DNA from: a virus
Reading direction: 5' to 3' (one strand)
IMG/VR virus record: IMGVR_UViG_3300020463_001735
Coordinates: 16,187-80,186 of that record
DNA: 64,000 bases
Positions 51,370 to 60,155 of this stretch are shown one piece after another (positions within the stretch are counted from its first letter, which is position 1; every line of letters starts with the position of its first letter). The notes under the pieces are model-generated. The model was not told the origin of the DNA and did not search any database. It was given only the letters and a program-made list of their open reading frames with translations. The translations under genes and the position numbers were made by a program.

Positions 51370-52200
51370 ATGGCAAGACGAATAAACTATTTAAACAATC
51401 GTGATATTTTATCTGAAATACACAAATCAAAAAGCACATTCTGTAGTTTTGTAGGAGATGAAGATCATCGATTTGATATAATACTTCCTAGTGTTGAAAA
51501 AATACACATAAGAACAATAGCAGAAGCAAAAAGAAATAAAGCAAAAAGATTAGCATTACATGCTTACGAGTCAGCAAAAGCAGAAGGACGCAAAGTAAAA
51601 CAAGCAGAATTCGAAATAGATTACAGAAAAATTGACAAGAAAGATTTAGTATTCAGAATAATGACGTTCGAGCATATTCCGGAAGAACCTGGTAGAAAGA
51701 AAAATCCCAAGACAGTAGCAGATACAAGAGTAAAATTAAACTTTCCTCCATTCCAACACTATAGATTTAATGAACAAGATCAACTGATTTGCGTAGGAAA
51801 GTCGCATTGGCAAGGTGGTATGGAAAACGGTGCTTTCGATCTAACACACGGAAAAGCAACAAACAAACTTGCAATGATGTGGATGAAACTTTGCGATCGT
51901 TATGCAACAAGAGGTAATGTACGTGGTTACACTTACAACGACGAAATGCGTGGACAAGCAATACTACAACTAGCACAAATAGGACTACAATTCGATGAAT
52001 CAAAATCAAACAACCCTTTTGCTTATTACACCGCTGCTGTTACTAATAGCTTTGTACGTGTTATAAACTTAGAAAAACGTAATCAAAATATTAGAGACGA
52101 CATTCTCGAAATGAATGATATGAATCCAAGTTACACTAGACAGCATGCAGGTGAATGGGAAGCGGCTATAAAAAGAGAAAAAGAGATGTCAAAAAAGTAG
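51370..52200 (+). CDS. gp55: Late-transcription sigma factor, gp55-like
   Basis: NYLNN, N.RGYTYNDEM, FDESKSNNPFAYYT. Confidence 0.85.
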   Translation: MARRINYLNNRDILSEIHKSKSTFCSFVGDEDHRFDIILPSVEKIHIRTIAEAKRNKAKRLALHAYESAKAEGRKVKQAEFEIDYRKIDKKDLVFRIMTFEHIPEEPGRKKNPKTVADTRVKLNFPPFQHYRFNEQDQLICVGKSHWQGGMENGAFDLTHGKATNKLAMMWMKLCDRYATRGNVRGYTYNDEMRGQAILQLAQIGLQFDESKSNNPFAYYTAAVTNSFVRVINLEKRNQNIRDDILEMNDMNPSYTRQHAGEWEAAIKREKEMSKK

Positions 52201-52229
52201 TTGACTTTATACACAAACTATTGTATAAT
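52201..52229 (+). promoter_or_regulatory. Sigma70-type promoter for gp47/gp46
   Basis: TTGACT-N17-TATAAT followed by a GAGGA RBS. Confidence 0.8.
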
Positions 52230-52255
52230 AAAGAAAAATACGAGAGGACTCTAAA

Positions 52256-53266
52256 TTGTTTAATAAAGCGGCTGTCTTTACCGACATTCATTTTGGTTTA
52301 AAAGGCAACTCTAAAGTACATAATGAAGATTGTGAACGTTTTATTGATTGGTATATAGAACAAGCACAAAAAAATAACTGTGACACTGGAATATTTTGTG
52401 GTGATTGGCACCACAATAGAAACAGTCTTAATTTAACTACAATGGATGTTACTATCCGATGTATGGAAAAACTAGGAGAAGTATTTGAAAATTTTTACTT
52501 CTTTGACGGCAATCACGATTTATACTATAAAGATCGACGTGATGTTAACTCTACTGCTTTTAGCAAATATATTCCTGGAATTACATTTATAGATAAAATT
52601 ACAACTATAGAAGATGTTACTCTTGTACCGTGGCTAGTAGGCGAAGAATGGAAAAAAATTCCTAAAATTAAAAGCAAGTATATGTTTGGTCATTTTGAAC
52701 TACCTAGTTTCTATATGAATGCAATGGTTCAAATGCCTGATACAGGAGAACTGCAAGCAAAGCATTTTGAACATCAAGAATATGTATTTTCAGGACATTT
52801 TCATAAAAGACAAAAACAAGGAAAAGTACATTATATTGGTAATGCACTTCCGCATAACTATGCAGATGCTTGGGATGATAATAGAGGAATGATGATCCTT
52901 GACAGAAAAAACAATGCTGAGCCAGAATATTTAAACTGGACAGCCTGTCCCAAGTATAGGACTACAACATTAAGTAAACTACTTGATCCAGATTCAGATA
53001 TAATTAAATCTGACATGTATCTGCGTGTAACACTTGACTTGCCTATCTCTTACGAAGAAGCACAATTTATAAAAGAAACATATATTAACAATCACAAGTG
53101 TAGAGAAATAACACTTATTCCACAAAAACAAATTGAAGAAATATCTACAGAACTTGACATCAGCAAATTTGAGTCAGTAGATGAAATTGTAAGTAAAGAA
53201 ATATCTGCTATTGACAGCGATAATTTTAACAAAAAAATGCTATTGGACATCTATAACGAACTATGA
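52256..53266 (+). CDS. gp47: Recombination endonuclease subunit (Mre11/SbcD-like)
   Basis: TDIHFG, GDW, GNHD, SGHFH metallophosphoesterase motifs. Confidence 0.92.
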   Translation: MFNKAAVFTDIHFGLKGNSKVHNEDCERFIDWYIEQAQKNNCDTGIFCGDWHHNRNSLNLTTMDVTIRCMEKLGEVFENFYFFDGNHDLYYKDRRDVNSTAFSKYIPGITFIDKITTIEDVTLVPWLVGEEWKKIPKIKSKYMFGHFELPSFYMNAMVQMPDTGELQAKHFEHQEYVFSGHFHKRQKQGKVHYIGNALPHNYADAWDDNRGMMILDRKNNAEPEYLNWTACPKYRTTTLSKLLDPDSDIIKSDMYLRVTLDLPISYEEAQFIKETYINNHKCREITLIPQKQIEEISTELDISKFESVDEIVSKEISAIDSDNFNKKMLLDIYNEL

Positions 53267-55035
53267 TAAAAGTAAAAGATTTAACAGTAAAAAACTTTAT
53301 GAGTGTTGGTAATCAAACGCAGGCTGTTGATTTCAACAAAGAGCAACTGACACTCGTGCTTGGTGAAAATCTCGATCAAGGAGGTGACGATTCAGGCTCA
53401 CGTAACGGTACAGGCAAAACAACAATTATTAACGCATTGTCTTACGCACTGTACGGCCAAGCATTGACCAACATCAAACGAAATAATCTTATCAATAAGA
53501 CTAACTCTAAAGGTATGTTGGTCACTCTACACTTCGAAAAAGACAATCAAGATTTTCGAATAGAACGCGGACGTTCTCCTAATGTGTTAAGATTTTATAT
53601 AGACAATCAAGAACAAGAACTAATTGATGAATCACAAGGCGATAGCCGTAGAACACAAGAATATATAAATGACTTGTTAGGAATGAGTCATGACATGTTC
53701 AAACATGTTGTTGCACTTAACACTTACACAGAACCTTTTTTAAGCATGCGGCAAAATGATCAACGTGCTATTATTGAACAGCTATTAGGTATAACTATTC
53801 TGTCAGAAAAAGCTGAAAGCCTTAAGGATCAAATAAGACAAACGAAAGATGCAACAACACAAGAAACTCTTAAAATTGAAGCAATACAAACTGCTAATAG
53901 TAAAATTGAAACAACTATAAACAGTCTTAAAAATAATCAACGTGCCTGGCAAGCTAAAAAAATAAAAGATATAGAAAAACTACAAATTAGTATAGATGAA
54001 TTAGTGCGTGTTGACATTGAAAAAGAATTAGAAGCACATGAAAAATTACAAAATTGGACAGAGTTAAACAGTGCAATTACGGCTCTTAACAAAGAAAAAG
54101 GCACACTAGAGAGTGCATTACTACGTGCTACTAAGTCTGTAGATAAAGTTGAAAAAGACATCGCAAATTTACAAGACGCTGTATGTTATGCATGTGGTCA
54201 AGAGCTACATGAAGATAAAAAACAAGAAATTGTAGGAAATAAAAATAAAGAATTAAACGACGCAATGTCATATCAAGTAGAAGTTGCTGGTAAGTTAGAT
54301 GAAATTATTAGAGGTTTGAATGATATCGGAAACATTAACGGAAAACCGCAAACGTTTTATGAGACAATAAGAGAAGCATATGATCATAGAAATAACCTTG
54401 AAGGATTGCGTACAAGTTTAAGAAACAAAGAACAAGATAATGATCCATATCAACCACAGATAGACGAACTGTCAACAACGGCAATGCAGGAACTAGATTG
54501 GACACCTGTAAACGATTTAACAAATTATAAAGATCATCAAGAATTTTTACTTAAACTTCTTACTAACAAAGACTCTTTTATACGTAAAAAAATTATTGAT
54601 CAAAATCTTGCATATCTAAACAATAGATTAACCTATTACTTAGACAAATTAGGATTGCCGCATCAGGTTGTTTTTATGAATGATTTAAACGTTGAAATTA
54701 CACAACTTGGACAAGATCTTGACTTTGATAATTTGAGTAGAGGTGAACGTAACAGATTAATACTTGGTATGAGTTTTTCTTTTAGAGATGTTTGGGAAAG
54801 TTTATACCAGAATGTAAATTTATTGTTTATTGACGAATTGATAGATTCAGGAATGGATACAGCTGGTGTAGAAAGTTCTCTAGCTGTAATCAAAAAGATG
54901 GGCCGAGAGAGGGATAAAAATGTATTCCTTATTTCACATAAGGATGAACTAATAGGCAGAGTCAATCATTTAATGAAAGTTATAAAAGAAAATGGCTTTA
55001 CATCATATGAGAATGATATTGAGATAATAGAATGA
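53263..55035 (+). CDS. gp46: Recombination ATPase subunit (Rad50/SbcC-like)
   Basis: KNFMSVGN, NGTGKT Walker A, CYACGQ zinc hook, LSRGE, LFIDE, ISH. Confidence 0.93.
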   Translation: MIKVKDLTVKNFMSVGNQTQAVDFNKEQLTLVLGENLDQGGDDSGSRNGTGKTTIINALSYALYGQALTNIKRNNLINKTNSKGMLVTLHFEKDNQDFRIERGRSPNVLRFYIDNQEQELIDESQGDSRRTQEYINDLLGMSHDMFKHVVALNTYTEPFLSMRQNDQRAIIEQLLGITILSEKAESLKDQIRQTKDATTQETLKIEAIQTANSKIETTINSLKNNQRAWQAKKIKDIEKLQISIDELVRVDIEKELEAHEKLQNWTELNSAITALNKEKGTLESALLRATKSVDKVEKDIANLQDAVCYACGQELHEDKKQEIVGNKNKELNDAMSYQVEVAGKLDEIIRGLNDIGNINGKPQTFYETIREAYDHRNNLEGLRTSLRNKEQDNDPYQPQIDELSTTAMQELDWTPVNDLTNYKDHQEFLLKLLTNKDSFIRKKIIDQNLAYLNNRLTYYLDKLGLPHQVVFMNDLNVEITQLGQDLDFDNLSRGERNRLILGMSFSFRDVWESLYQNVNLLFIDELIDSGMDTAGVESSLAVIKKMGRERDKNVFLISHKDELIGRVNHLMKVIKENGFTSYENDIEIIE

Positions 55036-55244
55036 GTATAGAAGACGATATACACGATAAGTTGACGAAGGCTTATATGCAGTATTTCAAGGCTAACGAA
55101 AAATTTGAAAGCCGTAACTCTGTACGCACACATAGAGAAACAAGACGCTGGTTGCGTGAAATCAGAAGTCTTGCTAAGTTGCGTATGGATGAAATACACA
55201 TTAAGCACAACACAAGTCGTGTAACCAAAAAAGAAGGCAACTAA
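55032..55244 (+). CDS. Small basic helical protein (possibly Hc1-like)
   Basis: 70 aa, Arg/Lys-rich; ATGA-coupled to gp46. Confidence 0.5.
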   Translation: MSIEDDIHDKLTKAYMQYFKANEKFESRNSVRTHRETRRWLREIRSLAKLRMDEIHIKHNTSRVTKKEGN

Positions 55245-55268
55245 GGCTAAAGATCGGTATATAAGTTC

Positions 55269-55694
55269 ATGCAGTGGACTTATAACGGTAAAGTGATAGA
55301 CTCTATATCCGAAGAGTATGAAGGATTTGTGTATCTTATTACTAACACCACTACCGGGCAGAAATATGTAGGCAAAAAACTAGCAAAGTTTAAAACTACT
55401 AAGCCACCATTAAAAGGCAAAAAAAATAAAAGACGAGGCTACAAAGAAAGCGATTGGAGAGACTATTGGGGATCTTCAGATAGATTGCAACAAGACGTAG
55501 ACAAGTTAGGCCCAAAAAAATTCACAAGAGAAATACTTTATTTTTGTAAAAGCAGAGCAGAAATGAGTTACATAGAGGCTAGAGAACAATTTGACCGCCG
55601 TGTGTTAGAGACGAATGATTATTACAACGGTATTATAAATGTTAGAGTTGGCGGTTCAGATAAGTTGCGTAAGGCACTACTAGAAAAAAAATAG
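55269..55694 (+). CDS. Minimal GIY-YIG (Seg-like) endonuclease domain protein
   Basis: GFVY...YVG, YWGSS, conserved Glu (YIEARE), YYN. Confidence 0.8.
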   Translation: MQWTYNGKVIDSISEEYEGFVYLITNTTTGQKYVGKKLAKFKTTKPPLKGKKNKRRGYKESDWRDYWGSSDRLQQDVDKLGPKKFTREILYFCKSRAEMSYIEAREQFDRRVLETNDYYNGIINVRVGGSDKLRKALLEKK

Positions 55695-55978
55695 GCAAAC
55701 CAGGACACTATTGATCGTATGATCCGCTTTGAGACTGCGTACCTCGCCGTCAGATACTAGCGAGTCCAATAAGCTGTATGCTACAAAAACCCTAAGCACT
55801 AGGAACGAAGCTAGGGATAGCACTATTAAGTGTGATGTCGACGTAGGTTGGGAAAGGTCAGAGCCCAGTAGCATAGTTAAATACCTACTTCCGATCTCGG
55901 CTGTGCGAACTCACATGAAGCTTGAGGTAGATGGAACCGCTGTTAGGTTCCGTCTGACTGAACAATCTACATGAAACG
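55695..55978 (+). ncRNA. Putative structured ncRNA with a pseudoknot (family unknown)
   Basis: GC-richer intergenic region with 8-9 helices, including TATGCTAC/GTAGCATA crossed by GTAGGT/ACCTAC and an 11-bp stem at 55928-55956; G-U pairs favour the + strand. Confidence 0.6.
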
Positions 55979-56056
55979 TAAGTGCTTCGCACTTATTATT
56001 AAACGAAGTTAATAGTTTGAGCGAAAGCGAAAACTAATTGCTACGAAGTAGCAATT
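55979..56056. repeat. Four abutting hairpins with C-GAA-G or GCGAAAGC loops
   Basis: TAAGTGC-TTC-GCACTTA; TATTAAAC-GAA-GTTAATA; TAGTTT-GA-GCGAAAGC-GA-AAACTA; AATTGCTAC-GAA-GTAGCAATT. Confidence 0.85.
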
Positions 56057-56086
56057 GATAAATATATTAGCAACAAGGAACGCAGA

Positions 56087-57085
56087 ATGTTTGTGAGTGA
56101 AATACTAAGTGAAACCGAGTATAAGGTAACAGTGTCTGGTACTGGTCAAAGTAAAAGTTTTAATGTTATAAATGTAGATACTGGTGAAACTGTAGGTAGA
56201 CATAGAAACAGTGCTATGGCAAATAAACAGAAGCAATCACTTGTCAAAAAACTACCTACTCCTGCAGATAAACTTAAAAAAATAGCAAATACAAAAGGGC
56301 AAACTGTTGATAGAGCTAAAGGCGTCAGAGCAGCAGACCAATATCTAGACAAGAAAGATAAAGCTAAAGATATAGCTAAAAAGGGCAAAAATCCAAAAGA
56401 GCTAGGAAAAGGATTTTTAAAAAAATTAGGATTAGGTCCGCAGAAATGGTTTGGACCATTTCTACAATTCTACATATCGATTGATCAAATAGGAACTTTA
56501 ATTTATAATTTTAATGACATTTATATAAAATCAGGATGTAATGCTAGAGATCCATCAGTAAATGCTTATCACAGGGCTATAGGCCAGGAAGTGACAGGTA
56601 TTTTTATTGCTACTGCCGCATCTGCGTTAGCTGGCGGCGCCGCATCACGAGGACTTAAGAAGATAAAGGATCTTAAGACTACGCTCCAACTAATAGGAAA
56701 CATCACTGTTGCTGCACCTGTTGTTGGATGGATAGCTAGGGTAATTTCTTTTATAGGAATCGAAGCCGCTTTCTATGCACTAGGAAAAGCATTAGGTAGC
56801 AGTAAACTTGCAGAAGGAATGGCTGATTGGTTTATGACAACAGCTTTTACAAAAGCACAATTAGTAGACTATGTAGCAACTTTTGATCCTGAAACATATA
56901 AAGTTTGTCAAAGAAGAGATGAAAATTTTGTTGATTCAACAGATGAAGATGAATACTTTGTAGAACAAACAGTAAGCAAAACTGCTGTCAAAAATGATGT
57001 TATGAAGATTATCAAGGATGATCCTAAATTAATGTCAATGGTGAAAAAAATAAAATCTCAAAAAACTAAAGCAAAGGCAACTTAG
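56087..57085 (+). CDS. Hypothetical late protein, possibly an internal head or ejected protein
   Basis: TAAATA at 56059-56064; N-terminus MFVSEILSE; basic region and hydrophobic Gly/Ala hairpin. Confidence 0.55.
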   Translation: MFVSEILSETEYKVTVSGTGQSKSFNVINVDTGETVGRHRNSAMANKQKQSLVKKLPTPADKLKKIANTKGQTVDRAKGVRAADQYLDKKDKAKDIAKKGKNPKELGKGFLKKLGLGPQKWFGPFLQFYISIDQIGTLIYNFNDIYIKSGCNARDPSVNAYHRAIGQEVTGIFIATAASALAGGAASRGLKKIKDLKTTLQLIGNITVAAPVVGWIARVISFIGIEAAFYALGKALGSSKLAEGMADWFMTTAFTKAQLVDYVATFDPETYKVCQRRDENFVDSTDEDEYFVEQTVSKTAVKNDVMKIIKDDPKLMSMVKKIKSQKTKAKAT

Positions 57086-57302
57086 TTTCTTTTACAACTT
57101 CAATATTATCTTTAGCAATACGATTAAGAATGTCTCTATCTTCTTTAGTAATTCTAAACATTAAATCTTCGTAAGTAAAACTGCCACGCATATACCAACC
57201 TAGTCGATATACATCATCTTTGATTTGTTTGATTTCGTTTTCGTAATGTCTAGCTAATTCTAAGAGATCAGATTCCTCGAGCGTAACGATCGAACTCCGA
57301 AA
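57066..57302 (-). CDS. gp51-like baseplate hub assembly module, probably reached by -1 frameshift (absent from the ORF track)
   Basis: Open frame FRSSIVTLEESDLLELARHYENEIKQIKDDVYRLGWYMRGSFTYEDLM...ETKLPLL*; first ATG only at 57191. Confidence 0.7.
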   Translation of the reverse strand, partial: FRSSIVTLEESDLLELARHYENEIKQIKDDVYRLGWYMRGSFTYEDLMFRITKEDRDILNRIAKDNIEVVKETKLPLL

Positions 57303-58117
57303 AAATTTGAGTAATCCATGTCGAGTTGTGTTTTGTAAGTTTCTTTACAATCTTCGTTAGTGCATGTCACTTCAAATTTAGGCAATTTCCATGATTCTGT
57401 CATGCTCATGATTGTTTCTTTTATTTTGTTGTAAAACTCTACATCATTTTCACTTACCCATGCTTTTATTACTTCTGGATCAGCTTCTTTGTCTTCACCG
57501 TCTACAATTTCACTTATATGCGACAGTGCTACTTGTATGTTTAAATTAGCTGATGCATGAAGCAAATCATTTAGTTGCTTATCCCGTTCGGTATTTTCCA
57601 AAGGTAATTGATCTACAGATGCAATTTGTTTTTGTAATGTGTAGCTTTGTATAGAAAAATCTGTTGTTTGTTTATATGTGATAGGTTTCAGAAAAAACTC
57701 TAAATCTCTTATTACAAATGATTGCTTGATTTCGTATTCGTTAACTAATTTTAATAAATTTTGCAGATTAATCTCAGCTTCGTTTTCTGTGCCACACTTA
57801 GGACATTTTGTACTAATTGGAATAGTTTCTCCATATGTTGCTATTCTAATGGATAATAGTACATAATCAATATCATATCCTACCAATTGCCAAGGATCTA
57901 ATATATCAGGTATACAACTGTTAATAACTTGTGCTGTAGCTTCGCCTGAAAATAACGCATCAGGAGTTCGTAGTAACATTTCGTCCATTGCCGTCATACC
58001 GAACACAGGTAATGATTCAACTTTTTCACATACTGACGAATCGTAAAATTTTCCTTCTGTAGGTAAATCAATAAACAATCTAGGTTGTCTTTTGTGCTTG
58101 TCGAGAAAACTACTCAC
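57260..58117 (-). CDS. gp26: Baseplate hub assembly protein, gp26-like
   Basis: RQPRLFIDLP.EG.FY, MTAMDE, D.DY.L..IRIATYG, CPKC...CTNEDC, terminal NFF. Confidence 0.75.
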   Translation of the reverse strand: MSSFLDKHKRQPRLFIDLPTEGKFYDSSVCEKVESLPVFGMTAMDEMLLRTPDALFSGEATAQVINSCIPDILDPWQLVGYDIDYVLLSIRIATYGETIPISTKCPKCGTENEAEINLQNLLKLVNEYEIKQSFVIRDLEFFLKPITYKQTTDFSIQSYTLQKQIASVDQLPLENTERDKQLNDLLHASANLNIQVALSHISEIVDGEDKEADPEVIKAWVSENDVEFYNKIKETIMSMTESWKLPKFEVTCTNEDCKETYKTQLDMDYSNFFGVRSLRSRNLIS

Positions 58118-58130
58118 TTTATAACTCCGA

Positions 58131-58152
58131 TAAATACTTTATAAAGTATTTA
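58131..58152. promoter_or_regulatory. Palindromic bidirectional late promoter
   Basis: Perfect 22-bp palindrome TAAATACTTTATAAAGTATTTA between the divergent gp26 and tape measure genes. Confidence 0.7.
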
Positions 58153-58181
58153 CTAATATAAGTAATATAGGAGTATTATAA

Positions 58182-60155
58182 GTGGCTGAAGTAAGCGGTG
58201 CACAAATTGATGCACTTACAAGTGCATTAGAAAAACTTGAAGGTAAACTTGCATCAGGGGGACCTGCCCCTGGACAAGGAAGCACCAGCAATCCTATCAA
58301 AAACTCTAGTATCGGAAAAGATTTGTCAAATTTAGCAGGTGGCGTAGCTACAGGAACTGCTAAAATACGTGATTTTGGTAAAGCTATACCTCTTGGTTTG
58401 TTAGGTAGCTTTGGCGAAAACCTTTCAAATGCAGGACTTGCTGTAATAGACTATGTAGTAGGCACTAAAGCAGAATTTGAAGGTTTAAGCAAAGTTGGTG
58501 CTGGTTTAACTGGCGATTTGGGCTTGTTACAAGTAACGGCGGCAGAAACTCGCATGTCTTTACCCGAATTTTCAAAAATGATTAAAAGTAACAGCACTTT
58601 GCTGGCACAATTTGGTGGCGGTATGACAGACAGCGTTCAAAAATTTGCTAAATTAAGTGATGCAATGTTTAAGGGCGAAGATGCACCTATCAACACTTTT
58701 ATGCGTTTAGGCATGTCTATTGAAGAATCTAATGAATTTATGTTACAGTCACTGGCTGTAAATCAACGTTCTCAAAGATTTAGACAGATGGATGAAGCAA
58801 GTCAGTTAAGGACTGCTCAAGATTATGCAAAAAATTTAGACCTCATATCAAAACTGACAGGAAAAAGTGCTAAAGAACTTCAAAAAGAAGCTGATGCTAG
58901 AATGAATGAAGGCGACATAAACGCTACAATGCGTTTAGCCGAAAGACAAGGTGCTGAAGGTGTAACTGAAGCATTCCAAGCTGTTCAAGGAAATTTGAGT
59001 CAATTACCGCAAGCGGCGCAAGCAATGTTAAAACAAACATTGAATTTAGGCGGTCCTATAGATGCACAAACATCTATGTTTGCATCATTAAATCCAAAAA
59101 CGGCTCAGCTTGCTAGAGAATTTGATAAGATTGTTAAAGATACATCCATAAGTGGAGATGAACGTAAAAAGTTATTGGAAGCTAAAGCTAAAGAAATGAC
59201 TGCCGCGGCAGCACAAGAAAGTCAGTCTACACAAAACTTACAGATTGCAAGAACAGCGGCTGTAACCGAAGCTGGAGCGATAGCGGCTGGATCGTTACAA
59301 GAAATGGACAAATTAATTAATGCAATAGGACAACATGCAGATACTATTGGTAAAAATTTAGGCGAAACCGGCGCACATTTTTCAACGTTTAACAGTTTAA
59401 TGAACAAACTACAAACAGAACAAAACCAGCAATTATCTGATTCAGGATCTGCAACAGCGGCAATGAGAGCAGTAACAGAGACACAGCAGGCTATTGCTAA
59501 TACAAGTAGTGCAGTTAGAGTAACTATGGGTAAACAGTTAAAAGATAATACTACAATTACCGATGCTTTATCAACTGTAGCGAAATCGTTAGACGATGCA
59601 CAATTAGCAACAAAGCTAGATAATCTTTCAAATGCATTAGGGAACATTAATACAAGCCTTAATCAGAAAGCGGAAGCAAAAGGTTTGGGGCTACCTGAGG
59701 ATGCTGGTAAAGACGAAATAGCCAAAAAAATAAAAGAACTTGCTGATAAAGCTCCAGAAGGTGTTGTGGATCCAGGCGATACCTGGTATCAAAAGCTGGG
59801 CAAAAATATACTAGGATTTTTTAGTGATGACAAGCCAGCGGAAAGAGCAACAGGTGGTGGTATGACCTCTGGAGCATTGTACAATTACAATGAAGCTCAA
59901 CAACCACTCAGCGGAGAAATAATTAAAGCCACAGGTAGTGAAACAATGCTTAGTGCAGAACAGTCAAATAATTTGATTACACAAGCAGTTAGTCAAAGTA
60001 GCCAAGATTTTGGAAAACTAAACGAAACTATGTCTGCCGTAAGTGACAAGCTAGATGTAATGATAGCGATAAATACTACACAAAATAAAAATCAAAAGCA
60101 AACGATTGATGCAATCCATGCTAAAGGAAACATGCTAAGAGGTATAGGCGCATGA
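58182..60155 (+). CDS. Tape measure protein (putative)
   Basis: Ala/Gln/Leu-rich helical 657 aa; C-terminal RATGG...Y..NE....GE motif; next to the gp26/51-like genes. Confidence 0.65.
   Translation: MAEVSGAQIDALTSALEKLEGKLASGGPAPGQGSTSNPIKNSSIGKDLSNLAGGVATGTAKIRDFGKAIPLGLLGSFGENLSNAGLAVIDYVVGTKAEFEGLSKVGAGLTGDLGLLQVTAAETRMSLPEFSKMIKSNSTLLAQFGGGMTDSVQKFAKLSDAMFKGEDAPINTFMRLGMSIEESNEFMLQSLAVNQRSQRFRQMDEASQLRTAQDYAKNLDLISKLTGKSAKELQKEADARMNEGDINATMRLAERQGAEGVTEAFQAVQGNLSQLPQAAQAMLKQTLNLGGPIDAQTSMFASLNPKTAQLAREFDKIVKDTSISGDERKKLLEAKAKEMTAAAAQESQSTQNLQIARTAAVTEAGAIAAGSLQEMDKLINAIGQHADTIGKNLGETGAHFSTFNSLMNKLQTEQNQQLSDSGSATAAMRAVTETQQAIANTSSAVRVTMGKQLKDNTTITDALSTVAKSLDDAQLATKLDNLSNALGNINTSLNQKAEAKGLGLPEDAGKDEIAKKIKELADKAPEGVVDPGDTWYQKLGKNILGFFSDDKPAERATGGGMTSGALYNYNEAQQPLSGEIIKATGSETMLSAEQSNNLITQAVSQSSQDFGKLNETMSAVSDKLDVMIAINTTQNKNQKQTIDAIHAKGNMLRGIGA

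Noticed and set aside
55694-55710. GGCAAACC..GGAC resembling part of a c-di-GMP-I riboswitch
   Set aside because: The remaining consensus elements and architecture are missing
55680-55974. ORFs 55729..55974 (+) and 55680..55874 (-)
   Set aside because: Non-ATG starts, no clear RBS and atypical composition; the region is better explained as structured non-coding sequence
55695-55978. Group I intron, RNase P, tmRNA or tRNA identity for the structured region
   Set aside because: No interrupted gene and no recognisable P7, P4 or tRNA-like consensus by eye; a covariance-model search is needed
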